64,000 nt of DNA, taken from the NCBI RefSeq assembly GCF_009914755.1, contig NC_060928.1. The stretch is one strand, 5' to 3'. Each line of letters opens with the position of its first letter. Position 1 is the stretch's first letter. Shown one piece after another: positions 1 through 19,334 of the stretch. The position numbers and the translations under genes are program-made. The stretch comes from the human T2T-CHM13v2.0 reference genome, Homo sapiens. The notes under the pieces were generated by a model. That model did not search any database and had not been told where the DNA came from. It saw only the letters and a program-made list of their open reading frames with translations.

Positions 1-2156
<2,156 letters not shown>

Positions 2157-2564
2157 TCATTTAACTCTTCCTGGAGTTGAGAATATAATTATGTCATCTC
2201 ATACAGTTTTGAGCTTATCACCCCAAGTGATTTGTATGATGAACTTCTCAGCTGACAGAGGTTGAATATCAAAAAGCAGTTTGCCTGGATGTGATGTCTT
2301 ATATTGTAAATATGGAAGGTGAATTTTTTGTTGTTATGCTACTACCTGCCAGTTCAAACTTTTGAGTTTTGATGTTAATGCTCTCCACATGGGGTCATCT
2401 TGCAGTGCCTTTTCCTGAATTACCTAGTTCTCATATCTGATGAATTGGCTAACCCCTCACAGTATTTTCAGCCAATTTTCTTTTCTGCATGAAGTGGAGT
2501 TTTTTCTCTCTTTGCTTCCTGATATATTTAATTGTGATCTGATTGGTCCTGCATATACTTTAAA

Positions 2565-2693
2565 TATTTTTTCTCACTCTGTTTTTACAGTTTCAAGATC
2601 ATGTTAATGACACCATTTCAAGGCAGATACCTGAAAATAAATCTGCCTTTTTAATCAACCTTCCCCGTATTAAAAGTGTCACCTTTCTTGATT
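2565..2693 (+). repeat. Direct repeat copy 1 (~127 bp), abutting the left end of the MER31 LTR
   Basis: Aligns by eye at roughly 85% identity with 3002-3128 (shared aagatcatgttaatgaca and cctgaaaataaatctgccttt). Confidence 0.93.
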
Positions 2694-3001
2694 TGTTAAA
2701 GAAAAAATTATTCACGACACTTGTTAAAGATGCTAAGGTAGGCTTTATTCCGGTGGCTACTAAAGTGTGGTTGTGTAGTAGGAGAGATTAGGCTCAACTT
2801 CTAATACAACAAGGAGAAGTGGGAAATTATAGCAAATTATAGCCCAGGAGCAGTGTGGGAGTCAGTGGATGGGAAGTTACTTAGAGAAACATTAGGGGCT
2901 GAACTTCACAAGGAAGGACACGTAGCCTAAAGTTGGGCCTAGTCAAAAAGAAGGCTGAGAAGAACCTGAACAAAGTTTGGCCAAGGAGATAATCGTTATC
3001 A
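2694..3001 (-). mobile_element. MER31-like ERV1 solo LTR, shorter than consensus
   Basis: Reverse strand starts TGATAACGATTATCTCCTTGGCCAAACTTTG and ends GAATAATTTTTTCTTTAACA, matching MER31 termini; TG...CA ends intact. Confidence 0.75.
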
Positions 3002-3128
3002 GTTATTTTTTTCACTCTGCTTTATAATTTTAAGATCATGTTAATGACATCACTCCAAGGCAGAAACCTGAAAATAAATCTGCCTTTTAAATCAACTTTT
3101 CCTATATCAAAAGTCACCTCTCTTGAAT
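3002..3128 (+). repeat. Direct repeat copy 2 (~125 bp), abutting the right end of the MER31 LTR
   Basis: See copy 1 at 2565-2693. Confidence 0.93.
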
Positions 3129-3129
3129 C

Positions 3130-3945
3130 TATCATTGATCTCAAATTCATTCTATCGTTTGCATCGTCACCGCCATTGCCTTAGTTCAGGTTAGGATTTT
3201 TTTCTCACTTGAACTTTTGCTCTTCTCCGCAACCTTCCAATTCCACTCTGCATTCCACACATCTGCCAAAGAGGTATTTCTTAAAATGCAAATCTGCTCA
3301 TATCCCTCTGCTTAAAATCTTTTTATAGCCGTAGAAAACTGTCAGGATGACATTCGAACTTCCTAGCAAGGCCTTCTCATCTACCCGTTCATAATCCATT
3401 CTTTCTTCCAGCCATCCTGCATACATCCAACAAATAGCTCCTGCTACCTACTGGACATTTCATCATATTGCTTTTTTTTCTATCTATAAAACCTTATTCA
3501 CCCTTAAGTTTTTCTACTCCCTCAGTTTTCCCACCACCCTATCTTCAAATGGCCTTCAGGTAAATTGAACTAGGTACAGTTCCTCAACTACGCTATGATT
3601 TCTCACATATTTTTGAGTTTGCTCCAGAGGTTTCCTCTGTCTGGAATTTCTTTCCCTCCTCAGCCACTGGACTACCTTGTGCTCAGTTTTAAAAGTGAAA
3701 CTCAAGCATCACTTTCTCTAAGATGTCTTCCATGACCTGTTTCCTTATTTGAATAAATTACAACTTTTCTGTGTTTCCTTAGACTCGTGTGTGTGTGTGT
3801 GCGTGCATTAATTATGGTGGTGTAACTCATGATTTTGTTGTCTGTCTGTTTAAATTGTTGAGTTTTAATCTTTACATCTCTAGTGCATAGAACACACAGG
3901 GAATTCTAACAATGTCTAAAATGGGTGAATGAATGAATAAACAAG
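3130..3945 (+). mobile_element. L2 LINE 3' fragments
   Basis: L2-like motifs (ttcttaaaatgcaaatctg...ctctgcttaaaa; ctcaagcatcactttctct) ending in gaatgaatgaataaa. Confidence 0.55.
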
Positions 3946-4229
3946 CAAATAAAAGGTGTTCATCTTTCAGAATGAATGTATTTGGCCACCAATCCATTCT
4001 TACAGAGTTTCTTATACTGTAGCTTGACAGTCCAAGAAGTTTATCTTCAGCTGAGGGATAAGTTTGAGTCTCAGTCTCTTATTTGAATACATAGCATGTA
4101 GTCTGCAAAGTCCTGAGAGAGAATGTGTATTTCTTGAGAGTATCTAACTCAAGGACCCAGGGTTAGAGACTATCTCCTTCTTTATCACTTATATCTGTTA
4201 TTTTTTTCTCTCTTTGAAAAGAAAAAAAC

Positions 4230-5218
<989 letters not shown>

Positions 5219-5235
5219 ATTATTTTCTAATTTTC

Positions 5236-8409
<3,174 letters not shown>

Positions 8410-9499
8410 TAATTTTCAAAATCAGTAGTTAATTCCCTGTTATCCTTTAATCAGTTAGTTTACTTCTTTTTAAAAACACCACTGTGAACTTTTGGATTTA
8501 AACATGTTATAGGTTTAAATTCATTGCATTTCTTATTCTTTTTGAAATTCAAGTAGTCCCATCTTTGGTCAGTGCAGACTTCTTTAATTTGGCTCCTGAA
8601 TCCTTTGGATACAACCCTAATTTTCTTTGATAGCTTCCTTGCTATGTGGAATCATAAGACGTTCCAGGCTTTTCTAATATATTTCCTGCCTTGGACCTAG
8701 AATACCCAGTTCTCCAAGAAACCTTCTAGTGAGAAGGAATATTTTGAAACCACAATCTGGGAGCTAGTGATGCTTGCTGCTACTGACATGATCACTGTTT
8801 CTAGCTAAAAAGGAGTCTAGTTTTTAAAAAACCAAGTCCTAAGGATGCTCAGTTTATTAGCACAAGTGGGTAGGGTTAGAATTGGGATAGACTGTTTTTC
8901 TGTACCCCAAATTACTTCAGTTAACTGAGAGTTGGTAATAAATGTACATACTTCATTTTGTCTACTTTTAAAATATGAATGCATTTAGCAACACTGTGCC
9001 CCAAGACATCAATCTTCATGGTGATTACCAACCTGCACAGGTCACTGGCTATCAAGATCAGAGTGAATTTAATGAATAACATAGCCCAGGGTTATCTCAG
9101 AGGCTGTCTTAAAACTTGCAGAGCTGTGGTCCTGAGCAATTTTTTTCCTAGAAGCCTTAGGGCAGTGCTTCTTCAACAAGAACTCTAATATAAATTTGAA
9201 TCAAACAAACATCTACAGTGCAAAAGAGAGCAAGTGTGTGGTTTATCACCATGAGAATACAAACACAAATGGCAGAACTAGCAATTCTTCCCACAGTTTT
9301 TTCATTATTTATATGGTGTTTACAAAATACATTTAAGTTTTAAAGAAATAATTTCTCTTTAACTTCTAAGTTTTTACATAATTATTATGCCCTTGGGGCA
9401 AATATAATTAAATACCCAGATGAGAATCTTTTCCTTAATACTGGATTGCACATTGACTTGAGTCCTATTGATTCTCATTTAGATGCTTGTTGAATGAGT

Positions 9500-9700
9500 A
9501 CTAATAGCTATGATTTATAAGTCCCTACTAGCTGTTGGATACCATATGCATTTTTTTCCATATCCCACAGTAACCCTGAAATGTATATAGTGTTTTCTCT
9601 ATTTTACAGATTAGAAAACAGAGGATAAGATATTTGAAGAAACACACAGATAGTAATTTTGTATCTGAGATTCCAACCCAGAGCTCCTTGTTTTCAGAGT
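9500..9700 (-). mobile_element. MIR SINE fragment
   Basis: ctctattttacagattagaaaacagagg...gagattccaacccag resembles the reverse MIR core. Confidence 0.55.
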
Positions 9701-10029
9701 CCCTGTTTTCATCTGCTTTACTATTCAGCTGGACTGGCTTTGACTACACAACCAGAAAAGAAATTGCCTCTCTTTTCATGAATAGAACATGAATGGCTTT
9801 TGTAGCCAATCTGTTATTGATGCCTCTTCTGCCTCTTTGGGACTATTGATGGGAATAAAACATAGTTGTAACATTTCAATGAAATACTGAAAGAATGGAT
9901 TTTTAGTATTTTGAGTATCTAATAGCTTAAAGGCAGCTAATGAACATTTTCAAGTAGGCAATTGTGAGCCTACTAAATACTGGGAATCATGGAAGACACA
10001 AAATGAAAAAGGGGTGATACCTGTTTTGC

Positions 10030-10143
10030 TCTGTACCTGAGTGACGGCATCAGTTGTACTCCAAACCTCAGCATCAGGAAGTCTACTCAGGTAACAAACC
10101 TGCGTATGTACCCTCTGAATCTAAAATAAAAGTTAAAAAAAGA
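10030..10143 (+). mobile_element. Short L1PA15-16/L1PB-type 3' end
   Basis: ccaaacctcagcatc...gtaacaaacctgcgtatgtaccctctgaatctaaaataaaagtt followed by an A tail. Confidence 0.8.
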
Positions 10144-10539
10144 ATTTTATACTCTAACAAAGAGATAGATATGTACAAAAATCATATAGAAGTGTTTCCT
10201 TGTTGTCAGAAACTTCAGGCAAACATTGTCGGCTGAAGGTCTGTGAAGGCTGCCTGTCCTGGATTTAAAGGGTGTGCACACTGACGTTTGTGGGAGGGGA
10301 AGTGGTTTGTAGCCTGTGAAGGATTTTGACATGGGAGATTTAGATAATTTGAGGCTGGGATAGAGGTGTGAATGAAGGAGAAAGTTTTCTCCTATTGGGA
10401 AAAGTGAACAATTCAGAGTTCATTCAGGTGAACTCAGATGCCCTGGTTTTAGAATTGTGCCAGGGAGAAAAATTGTCATAATTGTAGGTGCAGGAAACTG
10501 TGTTTCTCCCCTTCCTTGTCTTCAGTCCTTAAAATTTGT

Positions 10540-12215
10540 ACACTTTTCTCCATCTCACTCGCAACAGATAAACTTGCTCTTATTTTATAGAGAAAAATAA
10601 GTCTCATATTTTAACATGAAACATATGAACCTACCCATATATGTACCTGTCTGTTCCTCTTTCTTCAATAGAAATGAAAATTTGTGTCATCTATGTAAGA
10701 TTAATTCCTGCTCCCCATCCCTTCAAGCCTTACAGGAATCCCATTACTCTCTTTTCCTTTCAACCCCTCTCTCTCAGCAGGCTCTTCCCATTGGCTTTAA
10801 CCAGACCAATTCTTTCCTGTTTAGATATACAAGAAAACCCTGAAAGCTTCACTAGATTCTTGATCCCCACCCAATTCCACTCTATTTCCCTTCTACTCTC
10901 CACAACCAAATTACCAGAAATAGTTGTCCAGAATCCTGTCTTAATTTCCTCATCCTCTGGCTTCCTAATTCATCTCTCCACTGAAATAACTCTCCCTAAG
11001 CTCACCAGTGACTATGTTGCTAAGCCCTGTTGCTGTTTTCCAGTTTCCGTCTGTACCAGTCAAGGTAGTTAATGCAAACTTCCACAACATACAGAAGTCT
11101 AAACATCAGTGGCATAAGACAATAAAATTTCCTGTCTCAAATGTACAGTCTGATGTTGGTCAGATGACTCCTTCCATGTGGCTATGCCATATGGAATATA
11201 TGTGTTCTAGTTATCTACTGCTGCATAAACTGCCCATAACTTCAGTGGCTTAAAACAATGTCAACATTTATTTTCTTCATATATCTGTAGTTTGAAAAAA
11301 GATTTATAGATAAAGTTTTTCTCTTCTCCACTTAGCTGCTGCTGCAGAAGCTCCAAGGCTGAGGGCTAGAATCACCCAAAGACCCATTCCTTCCTGCCTC
11401 TGGAGGTTGGTGTTGGCTGTGGGCTGAGACCTCAGTTGGATCGGTTGCTAGAACAGCTACCTGTGGGCTTCCTAGGCAGTTCCTTGGCTTCCTTACAGAA
11501 TGATTTCTTGCACAGCTTTTCTCTTGGGACCTTCCTTTATAATCTGCTGCTGGAAGTCATACAGTGTCACTCCCTTTGTATTCTTTTTAGAGGTGAGTCA
11601 CTTTGGCCAGTGCATCATCTGACTCGACTCCTTAGCAGCAGTGATGCAGTTAACTCTTTTCCACATAAAAACATTCTCTTTCCTTCTTTTCTAATGACAC
11701 CCCACATTCTCCTAGCTTTACATGCATTTTTTTGCTTTTAGGACATAACCGCAAATCCATGCTATTGTCAAGCCCTACATACTTCTCCATTCTCATCTTA
11801 CATTCTTCTCTCCCTTGTTTTTCCCCCTTCAGTCACAGCAGCTGTGTTTTGTTTGCCTCTTATCTAGGCCACAGTCCCTCACACATTGGGGCTGTTGCCC
11901 AGGCTGTTTCCTCTTCTCAGGATTCTCTTTCCTTTCCTCCTTATTTAGCTCTGTCTTCTTCAGGTAAGTTTTTTTTAATCATCCAAATTAGTTCAAATCT
12001 ACCTATGATTCTAGCCAATAGTAACATATATTCTCCTCCTTCAAAGCATTTATATCAATTCTCAATCTTGATTATTTTTATTTATTGTCTCTCTTCATCT
12101 TTTCAATATAAGCTCAATGAAAGTGATCTATTTGTTTTGCTTATCAAATGATCCCTAGTGTCTGCCTAGAACGGTGCCTGGCAAATAATAAATATTTTTT
12201 AAATAAATGAATGTA
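10540..12215 (+). mobile_element. Fragmented L2 LINE interrupted by MaLR LTR pieces
   Basis: ctccactgaaataactctccctaagctcaccagtgac; 3' end gtgcctggcaaataataaata...aaatgaatg. Confidence 0.55.
11202..11612 (-). mobile_element. MLT1 (MaLR) solo LTR
   Basis: tagttatctactgctgcataaac...cagtggcttaaaacaa is the typical reverse MLT1 terminus. Confidence 0.65.
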
Positions 12216-12265
12216 CCTTGCAGCCTAGCAATCTTGGGTAACAAGAACTATAGTCCACATTTTAT

Positions 12266-12314
12266 CAATAGTTCTCAAGTGTGGGCAACGTCACTCTTCT
12301 AAAAGGATGTTTGG

Positions 12315-12364
<50 letters not shown>

Positions 12365-12490
12365 AGGAGCCTGATGTGTACTATGTAGGGTCGGGGATGC
12401 TTATCATCCCACAGTAAAGAGAACAGCCTCATACAACAAAGAACGCTGTACCATATACCAAGAGCGCCTCATACCTTACTTTAAGAAATC
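12266..12490 (+). mobile_element. MER20-like hAT DNA-transposon relic containing a (TG)n tract
   Basis: caatagttctcaa start; ggggatgct...acagcctcatacaacaaagaa. Confidence 0.5.
12318..12361. repeat. (TG)22 microsatellite
   Basis: Perfect dinucleotide run. Confidence 0.97.
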
Positions 12491-13044
12491 ACAAATCAGT
12501 GGTTTAACTGACCTTCTTAGCTAACCTTCTGTATTGGAAACAACAAATATTAAGGCCTGGCAAAGATAAAGGGAAGTGCTGTAGCACTGTGTCCCTCCAC
12601 CCCATCTTCTTCATTTTGCAAGGTACCTGTTTTTGGGAGGCTCCACTTAAGAGTATGAATATGGTAGAGAGTTGTGACCACTTGGTCATGCAGACTGTGG
12701 AGACCTGTGTACCTCCAGCAAGCAAATCTCCAGGCCTCCAAAATCATATATACTGTAGTTGCCATTATGCACTGGCAAAGGGTCAAGTTCACTGTCTCCA
12801 AAGGCCAGTTGTTTACTGCTGAAGTATAAAAAAGAGTGAGCAAAATACATGCATCTGATTGGTTCTTTTTAATTCCGTAATTATGATGGAGGTGGCAGAG
12901 CAAACAGAAGGAAAGCATTTTGACATAATAAAAATGCTATGGCATTATCACCTGTAATAGGACAAAGTTCAGTACTGGTTGGGCTTTTCTCCTGAGCTGA
13001 GGAGTTGACTCTGATGATCTGAGATTACAGCGGAGAGAATGACC

Positions 13045-13518
13045 ATGTTATCTATTGCTGCATAACAAATAATCCAAAACCTAGTGGCTTAAAACTATAA
13101 ATATTCATCTCAGTGTTTGTGGGTCAAGAATCCTGGAGTGGCTCACCTGGGTAGTTTCTAGATCAGTATTTCTCATGATTTTGAGATTTCAGTTGGGGCT
13201 GCAGCATCTGAAGTCTTGACTGGGGCTGCAGGATCTACATCAAAGGTGTCTCATTTATATGGCTGGCAAAATGGTGCTGACTGTTGGTAGGAGGCCTCAG
13301 TTCCCTTCCATGTGGGCCTCCCACAGGGCTCCTCAAGTGTCCTCTGGGTTTCCCCTAGAGCTAGCATAAGACCAAGAGAGCAGTGGCAATTCTTGTATCC
13401 TACTAGTTACACAGATACTCTGATTCAATGAAGGAAAACCCACACAGAAAGGCAGGGATACACACAAAGGCATGCAGGGGTAAGGATCACTGGGGGTCAC
13501 CCTGGAGCAGGATGCCAC
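13045..13518 (-). mobile_element. MLT1 (F/G/H-like) solo LTR
   Basis: gttatctattgctgcataacaaa...cctagtggcttaaaac...ggatgccaca. Confidence 0.7.
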
Positions 13519-13650
13519 AGTGACCTAGGCAAGTCTCCAAGGCTGAGTTGGAGAGGTCTGATTATTGGTATAAGAACTCTAGTTGCCTGAGGTTCTGGAC
13601 TAGAGTCCAAATTGGTCGGATGGCCTTTGATACAAGGGGGAGCACAGGAG

Positions 13651-14110
13651 TGTGAAGCAGAATTACGACCCCCTGCCCAACATGTCCATGTACTAATTCC
13701 CAGAACTTGTGAATATATTGCCTTGCATGGCAAAAGTGACATTGCAGATGTTAAGTCAAGAATCTTGAGAGGGGGATTATCCTGGATTATCTGGGTAGGC
13801 CTAATATAATCACAAAGGTCTTTATATCAGAGAGGCAGAAGAGATCATCAGAGATGTGGCAACGGAAGCCTAGGTCTGACTGATGCAGGGCCATCAGCCA
13901 GGAATACAGACAGCCTTTAGAAACTGGAAACATCAAGAATCCGATTCCCCCCTAGAGTCTTCAGAAGGAACATGGCTCTGCTGACACCTTCGTTTCAGCC
14001 CCATGAGACCCGTTTCAGTCTTTTCACCTCCAGAACTATAACACATTCGTGTTGCTTTAAGGCTCTAAGTTTGTATTAATTTTGTCAGAGCAGCAATAGA
14101 AAACCAATGC
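13651..14110 (+). mobile_element. MLT1C/D solo LTR
   Basis: tgtgaagcagaatt...attatcctggattatctgggtaggcctaatataatcaca...gcagcaatagaaaaccaatgca. Confidence 0.8.
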
Positions 14111-14320
14111 AGGGGGTGAGGAGGAGGATACCTTTTTTTTGTGGTGGGGAGCGGGGAGTGGGATGTTCTCTTCAGCTGGTTCCTCTTCTGGAAGTTGGAA
14201 ACCCATCATCTGTAAACTCCATGTGGGACGAAGAGGAAACATTTTCCACCATTGATGGGATGTTTGCTGAGCCTCCAGGATTGTGGTCCTGCTCTTCTGC
14301 AGCCAGAGGCTGATAAAAAG

Positions 14321-14932
14321 TGAGGTATTGCTGCTCACAAGAGGGCATTAGCTGCGGGGATCTGCCCCGCAGACCCTGACCCAAACGACAGATGAATAAA
14401 ACGTACACTGACACACAGATATTCTGTTTTGCCAGTCCTGCTGAGCGTCCGACTGCCTGCCCACCAAGAGAGGTTTGTTACTACTGACTGCCGACCAGCC
14501 CTGAGTAGTTTGCACTCCAGGCATTTATTTAGTATACAATTAACAACAGAAGTTCTGAGTTAACTCACTTGTGGATAATTAACATGGTTAAGAGAATAGT
14601 TCTATGAATGATTAGAGCTCAGGTACCACAGTTTAAAGTAAATAATGGTTTAAGGGGCAATATCCCTGGTCAACCCCCGTGAGAGGGCCATCTGGCTTAA
14701 AGGTTAGTTAATGGAGGTAGGGTAAACAGACTTAACTGGGAAGCCTCTATTGACCCTAGTATTTACCCTACGACCTAATGCTCTAAGGTAAGAACCAGCT
14801 GCCTTCAGCCTGTTCAATTATTACAAGCTATGGAACCTTTCGGCCTTCCAAAAAGGTTTGTGACCATTCCCTATAACTTTTCCTAATATTTCCCTTTAAT
14901 ATTTCTGCCACCATCCTGAGTGAATCCCAACA
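14321..14932 (-). mobile_element. LTR22-family (HERV-K HML-5) solo LTR
   Basis: Reverse strand starts TGTTGGGATTCACTCAGGATGGTGGCAGAAATATTAAAGGG; TG...CA termini; 5-bp TSD aaaag at 14316-14320 and 14933-14937. Confidence 0.8.
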
Positions 14933-16269
14933 AAAAGTACTGGGGAGAGAGCATAGGGTAGCACAGTTAGGCTGACAGAGGGAGAAGGGTGCCTTCCTTA
15001 GTTTTCTTTTTCAAGGGGAAGAAAGCATAGAGCCTGCTTGAGCGTGAAGGGCCTGAGTTGGGAGGCCACAGAGGATACATAAGACTGCAAGCGGCCTACA
15101 CTAACATGAGACAAAGAGCTATAGGGCTTAGAAATTGCAACCAAGTCTCATAAAGGACCTCCAGCAGCCAGGGAAGCAGGGTCCATAAGATGGATTGAAG
15201 TTCTGAAATGGAGAAAATGACCTCTTTTTACTAAAATGAAATTGTCGTAATTATTTAAAATCACTGAAAAATTATGGAAGCACACTGAGATGCCCATAAA
15301 CTAGCCCACTGAGGGTATGTTGCTGCAGAGCTGAGTTGGTGGACTACTGGCACATTACACTACTTTCATGTATATATCTCAGTAAGTTGAGATGCACCAA
15401 CCAAGCTAGTAATAGAACCATTTTTTTCAATGCTGAATGTTATGTCAGTGAAGGTAATGCTAACCATTCAATTAATGATACACTCTGGTGTCAGAGCCTA
15501 AACTGTCCACCTTAATAAACATTCTTAAATCTCATTTTGCTGTATCTCTCTTGACCAGAACTGAGAGCTTAGGTAAATTACAGGGTTGTGTATGTAGCCT
15601 CCTGAACTGTGGGACTGCGAAGCGTGGAGTACCATAATGAGCCTCTAATGACTGTTATCATAGTGGTTAAATGTGGAAGGAAGTGGAAGAAAATGAGCAT
15701 CCATATGTTGCCCATGGAAAAGAAATTGTGTGCTGTGTTGTGACAAAAGATGTACAAAAAACAGATGACAAGTTTAGTGAGGTTTGATTTGAATCTTCCT
15801 TTGGGATCCATTTGTTTTAAACTATTCAGATGTTTATATAGATGGAATTGAGAGAGCTTTCTGAAATTTACCAACGAGCCAACTAATCTGTTTTCCAGTA
15901 TTCTTTTAAAACTGCTAAAAATGTGGGATTCAAAAATTTTTGTATAATCTTGCCTGTGAAGCAGAGCTTTTAAAATGTAATTTTGCCTTTTGACAATGAA
16001 TTCTAAACAATAGACTAATCAGAACTTTTATGTTTTATGTAACTTTTTAAAAAATGTCAGTAATTTTCTGATAATATTATTTGGACTTTGATAAGACGTC
16101 TACATTTTAGTCTATGCATATTTACTCAACCTCAAAAATATATAGTAAGAAGAGATAAAGCAGCCTTAAACCATGTCCATTAATGTCTTAACTTGTATAA
16201 AGTCCCCATAAAAAGGCTGAAGTCCTGGCAACATTAAGAGGTGTGTGTCAGAGGGGACATGGCCTACGT

Positions 16270-16430
16270 TTTGTAGTCAGAGAGATCTTGGTTCAGGCTT
16301 AAATATTTGATTCCGTCACACCCTAGCTGTGTGACCTTGAGCAAGTTACAATATGTCTTTGAATATGCAGTAACTCATCTACAAAGTGAGTGGAGCACTC
16401 ACATTTGTGTGGTACTAAATGTTACAGATG
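16270..16430 (+). mobile_element. MIR SINE fragment
   Basis: ctagctgtgtgaccttgagcaagttac core. Confidence 0.65.
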
Positions 16431-17991
16431 AAACACCTACTTCATCTTTTCTCATTATGCACCTTAAAAGTTTATATAAATAGGTAGAGAAAGAAGGATG
16501 AAAATATCAAAACTTAAATGCCTGAAACTTTTACAAAGTTATATATTATATATGCAAAGGTGTCCTTTTTTAAAATAATCTAGTTTCTTGCAAATGAAGA
16601 CATTAGCAATTAATTACCATTATTTCTATATTTGAATAGTATAGCACATTTTATTATAAGTACATTATTATTCTATGTAAGTCTCTAAAAAAAAGTGTTT
16701 GCATCTAGAGTTTGATACATAAGGTGCATAAAACATTTAAGGGAGAGCACATGATCAAGTATAAATATAAAAGAGTAGGTTTATAAGTTCCAATTATAAA
16801 TACAATTAATTCAACAATTTTTTTTGCAAATTTACTGTGTATCAGGCATTGTTCTAAGTATGGTAGATGAAGTGGTGAATAAAATCTACCCAATATCTTT
16901 TTTCATGAATCTTGCATTTTACAAACAGGAACTTGTAAATTTATCAGGAAAACTGCAGCTAGAATTTGCAAAATTATGAAATCTAATAAAATGGGATCAA
17001 TAAAATGGGATTCTCTTCTGAAGGAAGGGCTCAGTCCACTGCTTGGAGAAAGACAGTGTTAATAATAAGGTAAGGCAGAGTTATGGTAGAACTAATCAAC
17101 TCCTACATTACTGAATGTCTATTAGCACAGCCTTAGGCTATGCTCATAGTTCCTTTTAGAAGATGATACCCATTAAACACCCAGCAGTTTTAGGCACGGG
17201 TAGGAAAAATAAAATACAAGCATCCTCAGAAGAGAATCTTACAGTCTGGTATAAGAGATAAGATTGCTGAAGACAATAATATATGGTATATTCCACAAGA
17301 GAGGGACAAAACAAGCACACAAACAATAAACAACAGCATTAACAACAAACCAGATAGGCCTTTAAAAGGTGAGAGAGACCCAGTTCGATTTAACTAGAAA
17401 AGACTTGCTGGAGGAGAGAGACGAATGAGACAGGTCTTGAAGGATGGGTAGGGTTTATTCAGGTGGAGATGATGGTGAGAGCATTCTAGCAGGAAACTGA
17501 GCCCACTAAATAGGAATCCAGGATCCAGTTGGGAAACTGAAATAGCTGCACTCAGTTCTTTGTTGGAGAGCGTGTACATGAAATGTTCTTACCAGCTTGA
17601 GGGTCCACTTTAATTACCAAAATATCTGGGGCCTCACCTTTTAAAAGGAATATGAGTTAAATAAAAACTATTCCAAGGATGGTAGGGAGCCTGAAATAGC
17701 ATTTGCGGAAAGATTGAAAACTTGCACATTTGTCCTGAAGAAAAGAAGCCTTGAGGACACAATGGCAACAGAATTTATGCAAAGGATTGTCTTGTTGCAC
17801 CAGGGTGAACTACAGTCAGAAGGTGGATTTTACAGTCTTTGAAGATTTCCAAACAAATCTGGAAACTTTTAGCTAGGAAAATTGTGTAGGGGAATTCCTC
17901 ACTGGATTGGTAGATGGATTAGAGGAAGCCCTTGGGCTCTCCCAGTCTCAATATTTTATAATAGTATTTGAAATTGGGATTTTATTACTAA

Positions 17992-18337
<346 letters not shown>

Positions 18338-18365
18338 AGTAGTGTTACTTTTAAGAGTGAAAAAA

Positions 18366-18669
18366 GGCCGGGTGCGGTAGCTCACTCCTGTAATCCCAGC
18401 ACTTTGGAAGGCCGAGGTGGGCGGATCACGAGGTCAGGAGATCGAGGCCATCCTGGCTAACACGGTGAAACCCCATCTCTACGAAACCAAAATTAGCCGG
18501 GCCTGGTGGCCGGCGCCTGTAGTCCCAGCTACTGGGGAGGCAGAGGCGGGAGAATGGCGTGAACCCGGGAGGCGGAGCTTGCAGTGAGCTGAGTTCGCAC
18601 CCGCTGCACTCCAGTCTGGGCGACAGAGCGAGACTCCGTCTCAAAAAAAAAAAAAAAAAAAAAAAAAAA
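18366..18669 (+). mobile_element. AluY with pure A27 tail
   Basis: AluY diagnostics (ggatcacgaggtcaggagatcgag, cctggctaacacgg, ggcgtgaacccgggaggcggagcttgcag); shortened middle A-rich linker. Confidence 0.95.
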
Positions 18670-18689
18670 GTGAAAAATAATCCTCTTTT

Positions 18690-19205
18690 CGTGGATCTCT
18701 CCTGCTTTGCTTCCCAGCACCCATTCACCATCTGCTTACCTTCCCCTTCTGAATTTATGTGGCCTGGGGACCACACCTTCCATAACTCTAGAGATACTGC
18801 ACATGACCCACGCTTAGGTGATCAGAACACCTAATTCCCACAGTGATTGCCTCAGAAGCGGGCATATGACTTAATCATAGCCGAAAATATGCAATAAGAA
18901 TTTTAGTAGGATTTCTGGGAAGGGCCATCTCTCTTCCATGCTTTATGTAAAGTGGAGAGACTAGGGTCTGGAACTGCTGCCATCATCTACCATGAGAAGC
19001 CTAAGACAGAAGCTACACAGGAGAGGGAAGAGACAAGTGATAGAAAACAGTTACAGTGGCATTGCTTGAACTTTCAAGTTCACTATGTTTGAAGACAGCA
19101 GGAGGTATTTCTGGGTTTTTCAGTTTCTGTAAATTAAGAGATTTTCTTTTTGTTGATCTGTTTATGAAGGGTTGTCTGTCACTTCCAACTCCAGGCTCCT
19201 AACTC
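18690..19205 (+). mobile_element. Old MLT1 (J/K/L-like) LTR
   Basis: cagtgattgcctcagaagcgggcatatgac...ctgtcacttccaac...ctcctaact. Confidence 0.5.
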
Positions 19206-19334
19206 AAGAGAGCTAAGGGTGCAACAATCTAAGAATGAGATAATAAAGTTTGGTGGAACTACTCATAGGCTAGAAGGTAGTCATTAAAAGTTATTATTAT
19301 GAAAGCTATGTAGTAAGAGACAGGATACAAAATA

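Noticed and set aside
16985-17012. 14-bp tandem duplication of aataaaatgggat(c/t)
   Set aside because: Ordinary slippage duplication; the AATAAA words have no supporting transcript context.
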